A DNA stretch of 64,000 nt from Octopus bimaculoides (GCF_001194135.2 NC_068987.1:32089050-32153049), one strand, 5' to 3'. Shown: positions 1-13,771, counted from the first letter of the stretch. Notes: generated by a model from the sequence alone, not told the origin. Made by a program: numbers and translations.

Positions 1-215
1 GAGCGTGGCCGTTTTCGTGCGGGTGACACGTAAAAGCACCCACTACACTCTCTGAGTGGTTGGCATTAGGAAGGGCATCCAGCTGTAGAAACTCTGCCAA
101 ATCAGACTGGAGCCTGGTGTTGCCATCCGGTTTCACCAGTCCTCAGTCAAATCGTCCAACCCATGCTAGCATGGAAAGCGGACGTTAAACGATGATGATG
201 ATGATGATGATGATG
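1..215 (+). mobile_element. RTE-type LINE/SINE 3' tail ending in (GAT)n
   Basis: ccatgctagcatggaaagcggacgttaaacgatgatgat tail; about 97% identical inverted copy at 34346-34506. Confidence 0.8.
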
Positions 216-439
216 AATAAAGAGAAAATCTCAGATTAGCCTATCACATATATGGTATAAAATGGCCACCTGTGATTTGTCAGAAAGGTTCTTGACTTAG
301 AGATTTTGAGAGGATTAAATGTAGGCTTAAACAGCTCTTTTTTAATCCCTGACAAAAGAAAAACTAAGCACCACAGTAGGAAACATTATAAATATGGAAT
401 AATATTTTATTCTAGAACATATGTTTTTCTTTCATATGT

Positions 440-1600
440 TGACTTTAAATACAAGACCCGCTTCATAGAGAATGGCTTATAATACTATTTTATTCATAAA
501 TTCTATACCAACATGTCACAACAGTTATTAGAATTGAATTACAATCAAATAAAGATTAAAAGCAACATAAATATGAACAGTACATAGAAGAAAAAGAATC
601 TGTTACCATTTCAGTTTCATAGCATTCTAAGATTTTAAGGCCTACTTAAATATCTGAGCAATTGTTGGCCTTTCCAAATATCCAAGGATTCCACTCGTTT
701 CATAAAAGGCAATAGTTGTAATTGGCATGTTAAACCTACAGATCACAGCCATTTCATCTTTGATCTCAACACCCTTTCTTTACTAGTCTTTGTTTTATGA
801 GCATAAAACTGGTCCTGTACAAGTAGAGATGGCTTTTTTTTATGTTACCAAGATACCTTCATGAGGTTTTATTCAATCATAACCTTAAAATTCATCTATC
901 CACCCAGGAAGGAATTTTGTCTCCTTTCACAAAATTTTCTTCTTAAAAATCTCCACAAGCTGCGGTTTCAAACTGTTTAAGAACCACTCTTCTATTTGAT
1001 ACTGCATCAAATGTCAATGATTCCACCTATGTTTCTGATGTGACACAATTCAGTCAGTTTGTTTTCTTACTCTGAATACAAAACTGTAAATTTCAATTAT
1101 TTTGTTCTTATAATCTTCAGGTATTTATTTTGCTGTTCTTATTTTCATATTCATTACCAATCTGTAGCTCTTCATAAAGCTACAGCACCACAAAAATAAT
1201 CTAGACCTTCCACTGCTTTAAATTTAGATTCATTAATAAGAAGTTTTGATGATACTACCTGACTAAACCATCCATTTTTTTCATCTCCCTAATCTTCTCC
1301 CTAAACCATCCAATCTTTTAATCTCTTCAACCAATTCTGGGCCATTTAGCTGAAGATTTATATTTACCTCTTCGCACAAGATTTAACAGACTCTCTCACT
1401 TCTTCATATCATTTTCTCAATTGGAAGTGGTCCAAAATACTTACTTTCATCTATGTATGTTGCTATGCTGCTTGGCATATTTAATTACTTCAGTGCCATG
1501 TTGTTTGGCATATTTAATTACTTCAGTGCCATGTTGTTTGACATATTTAATTACTTGCAACTTTAGAAATACATAAGCGGGCAGTTTGAAGTTGTAGACC
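440..1600 (-). mobile_element. Highly decayed pogo/Tigger-like (POGK-type) DDE transposase fossil
   Basis: Frameshifted motifs on the minus strand: brinker-like FLKLQVIKYVKQHG (about 1540-1580), KWPELVEEIKDW (about 1310-1347), LTFD (about 1010-1020), AVIxxGLTCQLQ (about 715-750). Confidence 0.6.
1472..1556. repeat. 33-bp tandem repeat, about 2.6 copies
   Basis: Unit ttggcatatttaattacttcagtgccatgttgt; gives the KQHGTEVIKYA repeats in ORF 1447-1653. Confidence 0.95.
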
Positions 1601-4600
1601 ACTCCTAACCTGAACAAATTTGGGTTTGAACTGATTAAGGCCAATTCCTCCAAAATAATTAATGAGAGTTATAGTGATGGAACAAGCCATGGTTTATGTA
1701 TGAAGGTGGCTGTGATGGTGGTGGCAGTGGTGTTGGTGTTGTTGTGTTAATCACTATATCCTTCACTAAATGTGTTGTTTTATGCTGTTGAATTTTAAAC
1801 AATAGTAATTACATATTTTTCAGTTTTAGTGAGACATGCATAGCTAACAACTGAACAGGCATAGATTGAGAAACATTATCAACCATATCTAACAGTAAAA
1901 TATAGATGTGTAAGAAAAAGTTTTGATTAAAATATACTTAGGACATACAGTAATCTACTGGTGAAGTTGTCTGCTGAATTCATTAATTAGTAATAAGAGT
2001 TGACTGTCAAAGCTTGGGTCAGTGTTATAGACTGTTAGGTCAAGACAGATCAGCATCATTACACTTGCAGTGAAATAATGCAATGGAAAGATACTGTTAC
2101 ATATAATCCAAGGATGACATCATAAAAGAAGTGAAACATGAATTTATAGATAAACAAGGAGCAGTTCTCACAAAATTTTTCATGAAAAATGCAAAGCATT
2201 TTTAGACAACTAAAAGTACCAGATCTGTATAATGGCATTTCATATAAAAGTGGCTGTGTTTTATGTATACTTTTAAGTTGAAGCATTTTCAACAGGTCAC
2301 AGTTTTTGTTTTATGAAAATGTTCTTTAATATCAATTTCTATGCTTAAAACTATGGAAGCCAATTGTCTCCATTGCTTGCTGTTGCTGACTGAACTCAGT
2401 GATTGCAGTTGTATAAAAAAAAAAATTAGTGTTTTTATCCCCACCTTTACTAACAACATGTATAACTGTATTATATTCTACATCTATAATCATTCCATAT
2501 TTCTGTTTTGATACTTTTTTACTATTATATGTCTTTATCCTTCATATTTGGAGGTGACCCAGACTTCACATTTCATACACCACAACAATGGAGGATGAAG
2601 GCTTTCAAGTGACTAAAGATTTGTGATTGTTCTTGATTATACAACACCTTCCATGTAATGAAATTATGAAAGAGATGGAATTTCATTATTTCAGATGTGT
2701 CTATTACTTCAATCACCATAACAGCAGATTTGCCATCTGTTTGTGATTTGAAGAAGTTTGAATCTAGATTTGAACTGAACTTAAATTATAGTGAGGGAAA
2801 GGCTGTGCTGGACAACTAGCCTCATTCTCTCATCTCTGACTTCCTGGACCAGTGGCAAGGTGGCTCAGATGACTGGGGGTATAATGGGAATGTAGTAAGA
2901 TAACCTGGTGATCTATGCAATTCATCATGCTTGGAGGTACTCATCTCACAGCAACATTATAAGATATTGACTTTCTACTCATTGAAACAAAGCAATAGAG
3001 AGTTGGGTTTCTGCTGAACATCCAGTACCTGTTTGTGTCTTAAATATGCAGATATACACAATACTGGGTGACTGTTGACTCTCCTGGGTTCAATAACTCT
3101 TTGACATGTTTATTTTTTTTTTTCATCCTTCTGAATTTCAAAAATCCTCCTCCTCACCAAGCAAGCTTGGTGGGATTACTAATTTAGCTGGCAATGATCC
3201 AACCATGCAACAAATTGTGCTGGATTACATTTTACCAGTAGTGCACACGAGCAACCAAACATAAGCACACAAACACACAGATACAATGACAATGCTTACA
3301 AGTTCCACACACACCCTCTCTCTCCTCTCCTTAGCACACATTACTTGATGGATGCACATATACATAAATATGTGAAGTGTGAATAGTTGTCTGCATATTA
3401 ACTGGTTTTGTTCAGTCACTACATACCTGTTAACTGCAATTCTATTGGTGGGAAATGATAATTCAGGCACAAAATATTCCAAACTACTTTAAAACATTTT
3501 GATTGGCCAAAGCCCATTCTGGCTACAATTTATTGCCACCATATAACCTGGATATCACGTAAAGCATTGCATTCTAGTCACATAACTTGTTTCAACCAAT
3601 CAAATTAAGTATTTTCTCAAGTCCCTCAAATGAAAATGTTATCCTTCTAGTATTAAATTTCTACAATAAATTGTTGAGTAATTTTTCAGTTTGCCATTTG
3701 GCTCTAATAGAGTCTTTCACCTGCTGCCAATTTTGCTGTCTCTCTGAATGGCAACTCGCATGACAATCATTGTGATATAACCTCATAGATAATCACGCTA
3801 AATCTTTTGTTTATTATTCACAGACAATATTGGCGAATATTTCAACTATGACATATTACAACATTTGAATGCCTAAGAAGTATTCTGAACATGGTCTAGA
3901 ACTTTTAACATATTTTATTGCTATAGTATGTTATCATGCAGGAATTGTGTCTTATTGAACAATACAAAGCTGTAATGTTTTCATTTCTATGACATAGTGA
4001 ATCAGCATGCAGAAAGGTCAATATTGGCAGTTCATTTAATTCCCATTCATCTTTATACATACTACATTTTTTACTAAATGCCAAATAGCACTTCATTGCT
4101 GTTGTACAAATAATATTTTTCTCAGTTCAATCTGAATAGATCCATCTAAACTTCTTTATTTAGCATAATTAAACCTGTTATTTGGCGAAAATACTTTCTT
4201 ACCTTTTTTTTTTCAAGTTGTTTGCCATTATTAATTTTTTTTTTTACATATATGCAGGTTAGTTTTCATTACCTAATTTTCCTTATCATGCTAAACAGTA
4301 ACTGATCTTATGAAAATATAATCTATTGCAATTATAAAAATATGCTGGGTTTTATACAAAAAGGAAGCACAGTTTATACATCTTTTTTGCTATATTTCAA
4401 ATCTTCACACTCTTAACATTCACATATTCATTTCAGTAATTCATGAATACTGAATCAGATTTCCACACCTGCTGTTCCTGCTATTCTATTCCTTCCTAAT
4501 TTTGCTTTTCATGAGAATCAAAGATTTTCAAATTTCAAAGTTAAAAAAAAATCAAAATCAAATAAGAAAGCAGTTTGAAAATATCAGCATTTAAGCCACA

Positions 4601-5008
4601 GAGTTTCTGTTTACGGTAATGCTAGAATGTTATATGACAACAATCGCTAAATTTGCATCAAACATCACAAATTTACATATCACTAATTGCTAGATATGAA
4701 TAGACACTCTTATACAACTCTTCATAGATGTAACACTGAAAACGTTGTGTTGTGGTGTATAGTTTGAAGCAGGTATTTCTAATACAGCTCATTCTTCAAG
4801 TTACACCCTACACAAGAAATTGAAGTCATCACTGCAAGATAACAAAGCATTTGTGAATTAAAACCCAGAGACTCCAAACTAAGCACTTTACTGAACCTAC
4901 ATTCTGACCTGTTACTTAAAGCAATGATTTTGGTTGCTTGATATTCCACCCATTTAATGATGCTGGTCACTTGACTTTCTGATAAATTAATTAATAATAC
5001 TGTTCAAC

Positions 5009-5377
5009 GTGGAGGCGCAATTTCCCAGTGGTTAGGGCAGCGAACTCGCGGTCGTAGGATCGCGGTTTCGATTCCCAGACTGGGCATTGTGAGTGCTTAT
5101 TGAGCGAAAACACCTGAAGTTCCACATGGCTCCGGCAGGGGATGGTGGCGGACCCTGCTGTACTCTTTCACCACAACTTTCTCTCACTCTTACTTCCTGT
5201 TTCTGTTGTGCCTGTAATTCAAAGGGTCAGCCTTGTCACGCTGAATATCCCCGAGAACTACGTTAAGGGTACACGTGCCTGTGGAGTGCCCAACCACTTG
5301 CACGTTAATTTCACGAGCAGGCTGTTCCATTGATCGGATCAACTGGAACCCTCGTCGTCGTAACCGACGGAGTGCCA
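5009..5377 (+). mobile_element. Full-length tRNA-derived SINE (family A) with 10-bp TSD
   Basis: A-box/B-box-like head (cagtggttagg ... ggtttcgattccc); TSD ACTGTTCAAC at 4999-5008 and 5378-5387; homologs at 37823 and 58650. Confidence 0.85.
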
Positions 5378-5659
5378 ACTGTTCAACAAAATGAAACTCT
5401 TTTTAATCATCAGAGTTGCTGACTGACATTTCTGGGTTAATTTTTGATGCTGATTACGAATCTGAAGTCCAATTAATGATACCTGCTGTTTTAACTTATA
5501 GGATATGTAAAGCATGTCTATATAAAGTATATTGAATACAAGATATGATAATTTCATGGCTTTTTATTGTACAAAATTTAAATTGTTGTGTACAAATAAG
5601 TTAGAATACACTCAAATGCATAACAACTTAAAATCTTTGGGATTTGAACTTTCTATTTT

Positions 5660-5760
5660 TTTTGCCTCAGGTTCATCCCTGTATAGCATTCAACAGTAGC
5701 ATTCCAAAATCCTTCATATCGTTGTTTCATCGATGCAATATCTTGATGAAAGCCTTTGAT
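5660..5760 (-). mobile_element. Fragment of a DNA transposase C-terminus (FHQDIxxMxxRYxGxWN family, probably CMC/Chapaev-like)
   Basis: Minus strand reads GFHQDIASMKQRYEGFWNA, then after a frameshift C*MLYRDEPEA; superfamily assignment is from memory. Confidence 0.55.
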
Positions 5761-7069
5761 TTGGCTGTGTCTGGTGCAACAATGCTCTGCAGTTGCTGGC
5801 CAAAGTCAGCCATAAAATGTTTTGTTCTGATACCTGACACCAACTTTCAGTTTTGTCTATTTTGTGTTAGACGTTAGAAGGGTTAGTTATGAACTGTAGG
5901 GTCAAGGAAGGTCAAACCGACACTGCTCAATGATTGAAAAATATTGAACAAATAATTTTCAATATTGCCATGCTGCAATAGATCAACAAAAACATTAATT
6001 AACTGATTTGCCAAGATTAATGATCAGTGAACCAACATTTTGAATCAGATTTTGAATCTTGACTTGGGCTCCTGTTCCAAGTTAAAGCAATGTTACTAGT
6101 GTCTAGATATTCTGACTAAATAAACAAATTGATACTAGTCTCTGGACGTTTTGACCAATAACTAAAAACAACCAATGCTTTCTGACCAGTCATTGGCACC
6201 GGTCTTGGAACATCTAAACAAGTACTTAAATCAACTGATACTGCTCTCCTGGAGCTCCAGTTACAAATATACTTCCATTAAAAAATTTTGTTGTTGATTT
6301 GTTCATTCTGAAAGAAGGGACTGAGTTCATGATTTTTACATCCCTCACAAAATTGGTAACTACAAGAAATAGACTGGAGAGTATTTAATATCTCTTTGTA
6401 AGAAATTTCTCTAAAAGGATGAAAGTATTTTGTATCTAAAAGGTTGAAAGTATCTTGGTGAAAGTATCTTTTTGCATCAACATCATCACTTAATGCCTAT
6501 TTTCCGTGATGGCATGGGTTTGACAGGAGCTGGCAAATCAGAAGATTATGCCAAGCTTGACCATCTGCTTTGGCATGTCTCTAGGGTTATATGCCCTTCC
6601 TAATGTAAGAAATATTGAATTTTAATCATCACCTGTTTCTGTTATGTAGCTGGAATAGAAAACTTTTAAGGAAAACGATTAGCAGCTATTTTCTTCCTAT
6701 CTGACTGTTTCCTTTTGGTGTGAACATTTTTTTGTTTTACATTCTATGTCACATTTGGTCACCTAATACTAACTGCTTGACAGAAACTATATTCTCTCAA
6801 AACCCTGTATAAGAAGTATGTTCCCATTCACACAGCAAGGTGTTGACTACAGACTGTAAAGAACACTTTCTAACACAGATATACAAACTCACATAAAGCA
6901 ATCCAAAGAGCTTGCTGGAAGCCTGCATATAATCTCACATACATGCAGTTGAAGAAATATGCTCTTACTTGCACATATCGTTGGTTTGATATTGAGAACA
7001 AGCTCCTACACAGGCATATACATACTGACAAAAATACACAGAGGGGAAAAAAATTATGCCCCCTCACTT

Positions 7070-7104
<35 letters not shown>

Positions 7105-7454
7105 TTATACAATAAGTATTTTTTATATTATTACTTAGCATTTTTTCTGTTTTTGCTAATGAATATTTTGTTTAGATATGAGTTCTTCTACATCTTTGTG
7201 ACTATAAGTGTTTTTACAACTGTTGTTTATATATTATAATCCCGTGTTGCTTATTCAATTTTCTTCAGTTTATTAATCCTTTGTGTTAAAATAAATTTCG
7301 ACAGATATAGCACATCAGGAATTCTATCCATCCACTCCATGTTCAAATTATTTCGTTAAAAATCTTGAAATGATTCAACCGCATTGTTTTCTCTTTACCT
7401 TTTCTCTAACTTAAAAGGAAAGGAATTAATATAAAATTAAATATATTTGATGGT

Positions 7455-7660
7455 TCAAATTTCGGCACCAGGTGGCCAATTTTAGCGAGGCGGAGGTTAA
7501 TTGATTATGATAAAGTACGCAAGGACAACTTTATTTTATCGACCCTGGAGAGATGAAAAGCAAAGTTTATTTCGGCGAGATTTGAACTCAGTACATAGCA
7601 AGCCGGAACAAATACTGCAATGCATTTTTCACAATGCTGTAAGGATTTTTTTCTGATCGC
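7455..7660 (-). mobile_element. tRNA-derived SINE (family C), decayed
   Basis: Matches ttatcgaccc..ggatgaaa.gcaaagt..ctc.gcga.atttgaactcag seen at 10380, 14395 and in the 40.8-41.5 kb array. Confidence 0.7.
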
Positions 7661-8289
7661 CGCTTTCTGAATAATGTAATGTAGTTTTTAGTCACTTGCT
7701 TACAATGATAATTAAAAGAAATAAAGGATATGAAATAATTTTCAGTTGCTTTTCTTTTTTACACGAATAATCGATGAATCAATAAATATATTGCAGAACA
7801 TAAAGAGATAGTATTTTATTATTGTTATAAACTGGGGAAAAACTTTGATAGTTATTTCTCCTTGTACAAAAATTACCACCACACCTCACAAATTGTACTT
7901 ATATTTTATTGTTTCTAAGTGGCATTGCTCTCTACAGGCAGTTATGTACTTAAAAAGGTTTAGTAATTTCATTTATTAATTTTAAAAAAAAATTAACTTT
8001 TATTTCGTTTGTCAAGGAGGATTGTTAAAGCCAAAACAATGGGTGGTGATGGTTATGGATTAAGATTAAATCATTACTGAGATTGTGAAGAGTATCCTAT
8101 AACTTGAGATATGCAGCGTATCCCATTACTAAGATTGCAGAGCAGACAAGGAGTGAAAGAATGATGTATTTTGGGTCAAGGCGGTGAACAAACCCTATCG
8201 CACACTTAACTTGACGAAAATATCAGCACACAAGCAAATGTGTGTACTAGACATGCTGGAAATACCAGCATCATCTCCCTCATATTATA

Positions 8290-8495
8290 CTCTAACAGAA
8301 TTGTTTACGCGTTTGACAAAATACTTAGCGGCATATCTTCCGGTTTACGTTCTGAGTTCAGATACTACCGGAGTAAACTTTGCCTTTCATCCTTTCGGAG
8401 TCAATGAAATCAAGTACCAGTCAAGAAGTTGTGTCGGTGTAATTGACTTACCCCTTCTTCTCATATTACTGGCTTTGTGCTAAAATTAGAAAGAA
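8290..8495 (+). mobile_element. SINE family C copy
   Basis: acgttctgagttcag...ctttgcctttcatcctttcggagtcaatgaaatcaagtaccagt...ggctttgtgctaaaattagaa. Confidence 0.75.
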
Positions 8496-8687
8496 TTATA
8501 CTCTACTCTCTATAAAAAATAGAAGTTGAATAATATCACTCTTGATATTCAAAAAGACTATAATTTCAACTGGAAAACTTTGATCATAATGATCTGCCTA
8601 ATTTTTGCTGATCTAAGCCTCACCAACAGCCAACATTGCAGTTTTATAGAATAATCTTATGAAAAACATTATGGTATTCATTCTTTG

Positions 8688-9285
8688 GATCTTTCTGATT
8701 TGACGGGCAACACTTGTTTTCTTAACGAAACACTTTCAAACTTGGGATACTGGTAGAATGTGTCATATAAAACAACTTTTTCTCTTAGCCTTCTTAACAA
8801 AAATTGTACATCGCAAGTTATTTCATGTTAAAATTGTCGTATTTCTGTAATTTCAACCAATCACTGACGTCTATTCAGCTGAATACAGTTACTGCTGTTT
8901 TTGTAAACAATAATTTTTTGCCGGTGAGAAAAATGTTATTCCCTGTTAATTATTTCCTTTGGTTTTTTTGGTTTGTTTTCTTTTGAAGCAGACAAAATTA
9001 CAGAAAAATGGTAATTTATACGCATATATTGTTTATATAATAATTTACGCTGTGTGTATCTGTGTTTGTAACAATTTTTCGCTAATTTTCTATGTACTAA
9101 CACACGTGTTTACGAACAGTCTAGCTCATAGGAAATGTCAGAACTAACAGGGATTAATACCATATACACCGCCACAGCAGTAACTGTATTCAACTGAATA
9201 GATTGGTTGAAATTATCAAAATAAGACAATTTTTAACATGAAATAACTTCGAATACAAAAATTTTTATCTGTTCTATAACACAAA
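8688..9285. mobile_element. Non-autonomous TIR element (Merlin-like MITE family), right end in a gap
   Basis: Internal inverted arms (ttcaaccaatcactgacgtctattcagctgaatacagttactgctg / cagcagtaactgtattcaactgaatag); termini shared with 18886-19277 and 40131-40692. Confidence 0.7.
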
Positions 9286-9295
9286 NNNNNNNNNN

Positions 9296-9330
<35 letters not shown>

Positions 9331-9474
9331 GACGAGCTGTCCACAAGGCTCTGGCTTTATGGATATGAAACCTTTGGTAATATTTAAGGCTTTATATCTA
9401 TAATAAAAAAAAACGAAACTTTTGGTAACTCTATGTCTCAAATTAAGATTTTTGTTGTAATACACACACACACC

Positions 9475-9682
9475 AAGGGGTGCTGCAAAGTTCCTGGCTT
9501 TGGGTAAAATACAGGAGGATCAGTTAACTATGATTTTATTGAACATATTTCCCTCTTAGATTCACATACTTATCGCAGCGGTCCTTCAATTTTTCTAAGC
9601 CCTGCAAAACAACTCGGAATTTGAGCCTCCGACCAGGCCTTTCGTGACATCCTTAAAACCAGGAACTTTTCAGCACCCCTCA
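9475..9682. mobile_element. Mariner-type MITE, about 205 bp
   Basis: TIRs aggggtgctgcaaagttcctggcttt / aaaaccaggaacttttcagcacccct. Confidence 0.8.
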
Positions 9683-10379
9683 TATATCAGATTACTTTTG
9701 AGGTCTCTCATGAGTGCCACTGGTAACATGAAATTCAGTACAGCCTGTTGCATAATCGGGTCGTCAGCAACTAAATTGGCATTCCCACTAGGTTAGTCTG
9801 ATGAGGAGATTTGTTAGACACCCAGTAGGACGAAAACCTGTTAAAACGACAAATGAATCCAGGCTGGTGTTCGACGTGCTGTAAGACCACTGGAAATGAG
9901 GTACCTTTGAGCTTTTGTTAAAGCATGTCTCCAGAAGAAGGTTACTGATATAAAAACGGATATACAGTGAATGGCATTGGACATTTTGAGGATCTTTAGT
10001 CTACGCTTGATATCATGGTACCCCCAGATCCTTGAGCCTGCGACCCGTATTGGCACTAGACATCGTGTCTCAGTTTGTCTCTGGATCATGTCAATATGAT
10101 GGAAAGAGTCTATGAAGTGTTTTGCAAGCTTTATTGGATCTAAAATATTGCATAGGCATTGCTGACATTTTGCATGGGCAAGTTACACTAACTTGGAAAA
10201 TGGTCTTGATCTGGCTGCCATCCATCGTCCAACAAAAATTTGGTCTTGAACAGAGTTGATACAACTGATAAACAGCACGCTTGCTAGATATTTTAGCGAT
10301 TTTAGGAAGATAATAAATAATGAGGGCTTTGAAACTATTTGAACTCAGAATGTAAATGAATATTGATTTCAAATTACAG

Positions 10380-10590
10380 CATATAGGGCCAGCAATTTCG
10401 GGGGAGAAGGTAAGTCGATTGCATTGACCCCAGTGTTTAACTGGTACTAATGTTATCGACCTCAAAAGGATGAAAGACAAAGCTAACCTCAGCGAAATTT
10501 GAATTCAGAACGCGAAAACGAATAGTCGCTAAGCATGTTGCTCGGAGTGCTAACGGTTCTGTCAGCTAGCTGCCCTTTGAACGTAAATGG
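10380..10590 (-). mobile_element. SINE family C copy
   Basis: ggccagcaattt...cccagtgtttaactggtact...ttatcgacctcaaaaggatgaaag...gaattcagaacg. Confidence 0.75.
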
Positions 10591-12600
10591 ATATTACGAG
10601 GTATTTTGTATAGTTTACTATTGATCATATTGTCCATTGTTCCAATAATTAAATAATTGACTGCAACGGTGGTGAAGTTTTAATGTTTATAATGAAGCGG
10701 GGAGAAATGACTGAGGAACAATAGTTGACTGATTATTAAAATGGCCATTTATTAAGATGATTATGATATTAGTCGTGAGTGTTTCATCGATGCCGCTATG
10801 GTAGCTGGTTTAGTTAATGAATGAAAATATGTTCCTTAGCTGCGTGAAGAATAATTGAACAATACATGCAAATATGTATCAGAAAAATTTATTGTCGCTC
10901 GCAAAGACAATCTGCTTTGGCATTTTAACAACAGCTGTAATTACAGACTAGGAGGGAGCTACTGCTGTGAGATTACAGAGGCTATTGGTACAGCAAAATG
11001 TGGTTTACTCAATATATCTGAAAACAATTGTGCTATCTTCATGGTGACAGAAGTTCTTGGTCATCTATCTTAGCCGTCTGTTTTGTTGTCTTAGTGGGTC
11101 ATCTTGTCTTAACATTCTACCTGGCAAGAGGTGAGATGTGTGACTGAGTCGGCCACTCTCAACGCTACACTCTGCAAAGGGTGTACTCGCCATAAGCGGC
11201 TCTTTTGTAAGGGACAAGGAGATTGTGGAAGATTGAACCATGCAACGGCTTCATGCAGATAGGCCGATCAAATGAAATTATTGCAGTTCAGTCGTGGTGT
11301 CTGACCAGTTACCTATCGGTTCGGTTTCAAATTACCGCAACAGGCAGTATGGTCACGGCTAGAATAGCATTGATCATAGGCTTGCTTGATTAGGGCCAAC
11401 TTGCGATTAACCAACCATGATAATAACAATTTGTAAATTAAGCACGAGCCCAGATACTTGGGAGAGAGGATTCCAGTATTTGACTTTATTTTATTGACCC
11501 TGAAGAAATGTGTAGCAAGACGGCTTGACAAAATATAAAAAACCCTTTTGTCTTACTGTTTTTGCTAACAGTTCTTTCTACTGATCGCATATTTGTGTGT
11601 CCCACAAGCATTCTGGTGGGTGAGTTCTGTAGCAGAATGGATTGACAAAATAAAAGAAAGCAAATTATTCTCTCTCCCTTTGATTTATAGTTGTTGTTTG
11701 GACGTAGCAGAAAACACTTACCTATAAAGACCAGGTTGTAACCGTTGATACGATTGCTTACTTTTAGGTGCAAATTGTCCCCCTCACAATTGCGCCATAT
11801 TACACGGTCAACACGCTAAAATGGATCGCGTGTTCTCTTGTCGGAAAAAACTTCCATCACTCCTGGAAGCCCACTATTCTTTACGAATGCAGTTCTCGTC
11901 TGTTCTACGTCTTTGGCACACGTAACTCGTCTCCGACAAAGACGTGTGTGTGTGCGTATATACACGTGTTTTACCCTTATTGCTTTTTTACACATTTTTC
12001 TATATTTTGCCTTTAGCTGTTTTTTTCTTGTGCATGTGCATATATAGACGTGTGTATGAACCTTTTTTGCGCGCGTGTGTATGTGTGCAAGCATGTGCGT
12101 GTATGTATATATTTTTTGGCGAATGTGTGGGTGAGCATGTGTTTCAAGTGAGAGTGGATGAGGATATACATATGGGCGCATGTACGTGGTAGTGCAGGTG
12201 CGCATGTGTATGTATGGACTGGTGCGCTTACGCGAATACTATGGACATTTTTACTCCCTCCCCTCACTAAGCAGTCATTCTAATAGCTCTTTTGTCTTAA
12301 TAACTGTCAATCACACAGTAATTTCCCTTTGTTTAACGATCATTTGCATAGCATTTTTTTCGATGGCCAGATAACTGAAGAAATGGTGGCGTGGGTTTCC
12401 GCCCCGACATCCGAAACACGGAGTTTTATCATGGTTACCGAATAATTGTCACATATTATTTACAGATAAATTCCTCTATTTANNNNNNNNNNNNNNNNNN
12501 NNNNNNNNNNNNNNNNNNNNNNNNNNNNNNNNNNNNNNNNNNNNNNNNNNNNNNNNNNNNNNNNNNNNNNNNNNNNNNNNNNNNNNNNNNNNNNNNNNNN

Positions 12601-13771
12601 TAATGGAAACACCTCACATCATAATTTTGAAATATCTATAAAACCGTCAAAAGCTTGTTTATTTTTGTTTTTTAATTTATCATTAGTGTTCCTTAATATG
12701 TTTAGCTAAAATTGCTGTTTCTTTTCAGATATCATCAGAAAAAAGGTAATTAAAATGACAGATCTATCGAACTTTCAAAGAGATCAAATTGTTGGTGCTC
12801 GTATGGCAGGCGCTAGCGTAACGAAAACAGCCGAAATCTTTTGTGTATCTAGAAGTACTGTTTTGTAAGTAATGACAACCTTCGAGAAAGAGGGAAAAAC
12901 CTCCTCGTCGAAACAAAACTCCGGAAGAAAACTAAAACTTTCATATAGGGACCGTCGGACACTTACGCGAATTGTTAGAAAGGATCACAGAAGTACAGCT
13001 CCCAAAATTACTGCAGAGCTTAATGACCACCCCGAGATCCCAGTTTCCACAAAAATTGTTCGCCGGGAGCTGCACAGAGTCGGATTTCACGAGAGGGCTG
13101 CAATCAGAAAACCACTACTTTCAACAACAAACGTTGCAATGTATTTAGAGTGGAGTAAAAACCTACAGATTTGGTCCCAGAACAGTAGAAGAATGTAATT
13201 TTCTCGGACGAGAAGCATTTGACCCAGACTGCCTTCTTCCAACTGTTAAACACGGAGGAGGATGATATGGGGGTGGGTGGCTATATCTTGGAAATCTGCC
13301 GGCCCAATGATTTCTCTTCATGGCAGAATTAATAGTCAAGACTATTTTAGCATTTTATCTGATCAAATTCATCCTATGGTTGCGGAATTGTTTCCGGATG
13401 GAAACGCAATCTTTCAGGATGATAGCGTACCAATTCACACAGCTAAAGTTGTTACCGAATGGCACAAGAAGCATTCTAGTGAAGCTGAACATCTTATCTG
13501 GCCACCACAGTCCCCAGATCTCAATATCATTGATCATTTATGGTTCATTTTAGAAAAACAAGGAGTCGATGTCCTCCACCATCACCACTACAAGAACTGG
13601 TGACTGGTTTAGCTGAAGAATGGACAAAAATTCATTTGGAAACAATTCAAACTTTGTACGTGTCCATACCTCGTAGAATTCAAATTGTAATTACTGCCAA
13701 AGGCGGTCCTACCCCATATTAAAATAAATTTGTTTGAAATTTTAAGGTGTTTCCATTATTTTGTCCAACTC

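Noticed and set aside
1472-1556. 33-bp and 45-bp (51801) repeats as possible CRISPR arrays
   Set aside because: Units are contiguous with no unique spacers, there are no cas genes, and the context is eukaryotic.
1940-4985. Several 50-70-codon open frames with possible splice sites (e.g. 2580-2790 and 4780-4983, minus strand)
   Set aside because: No recognisable homology, and I could not link them in consistent phase to the 15.2-kb candidate exon.
5011-5085. tRNA-like sequence (also at about 26530-26609, 53047-53125 and 58930-58993)
   Set aside because: These are SINE heads that continue into repeat bodies with TSDs, with no complete cloverleaf, so they are not tRNA genes.
7465-7476. Second CTCF-like motif GCACCAGGTGGC
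   Set aside because: It lies in the end of a family C SINE (ggcacaaggccagc in other copies); probably a chance mutation.
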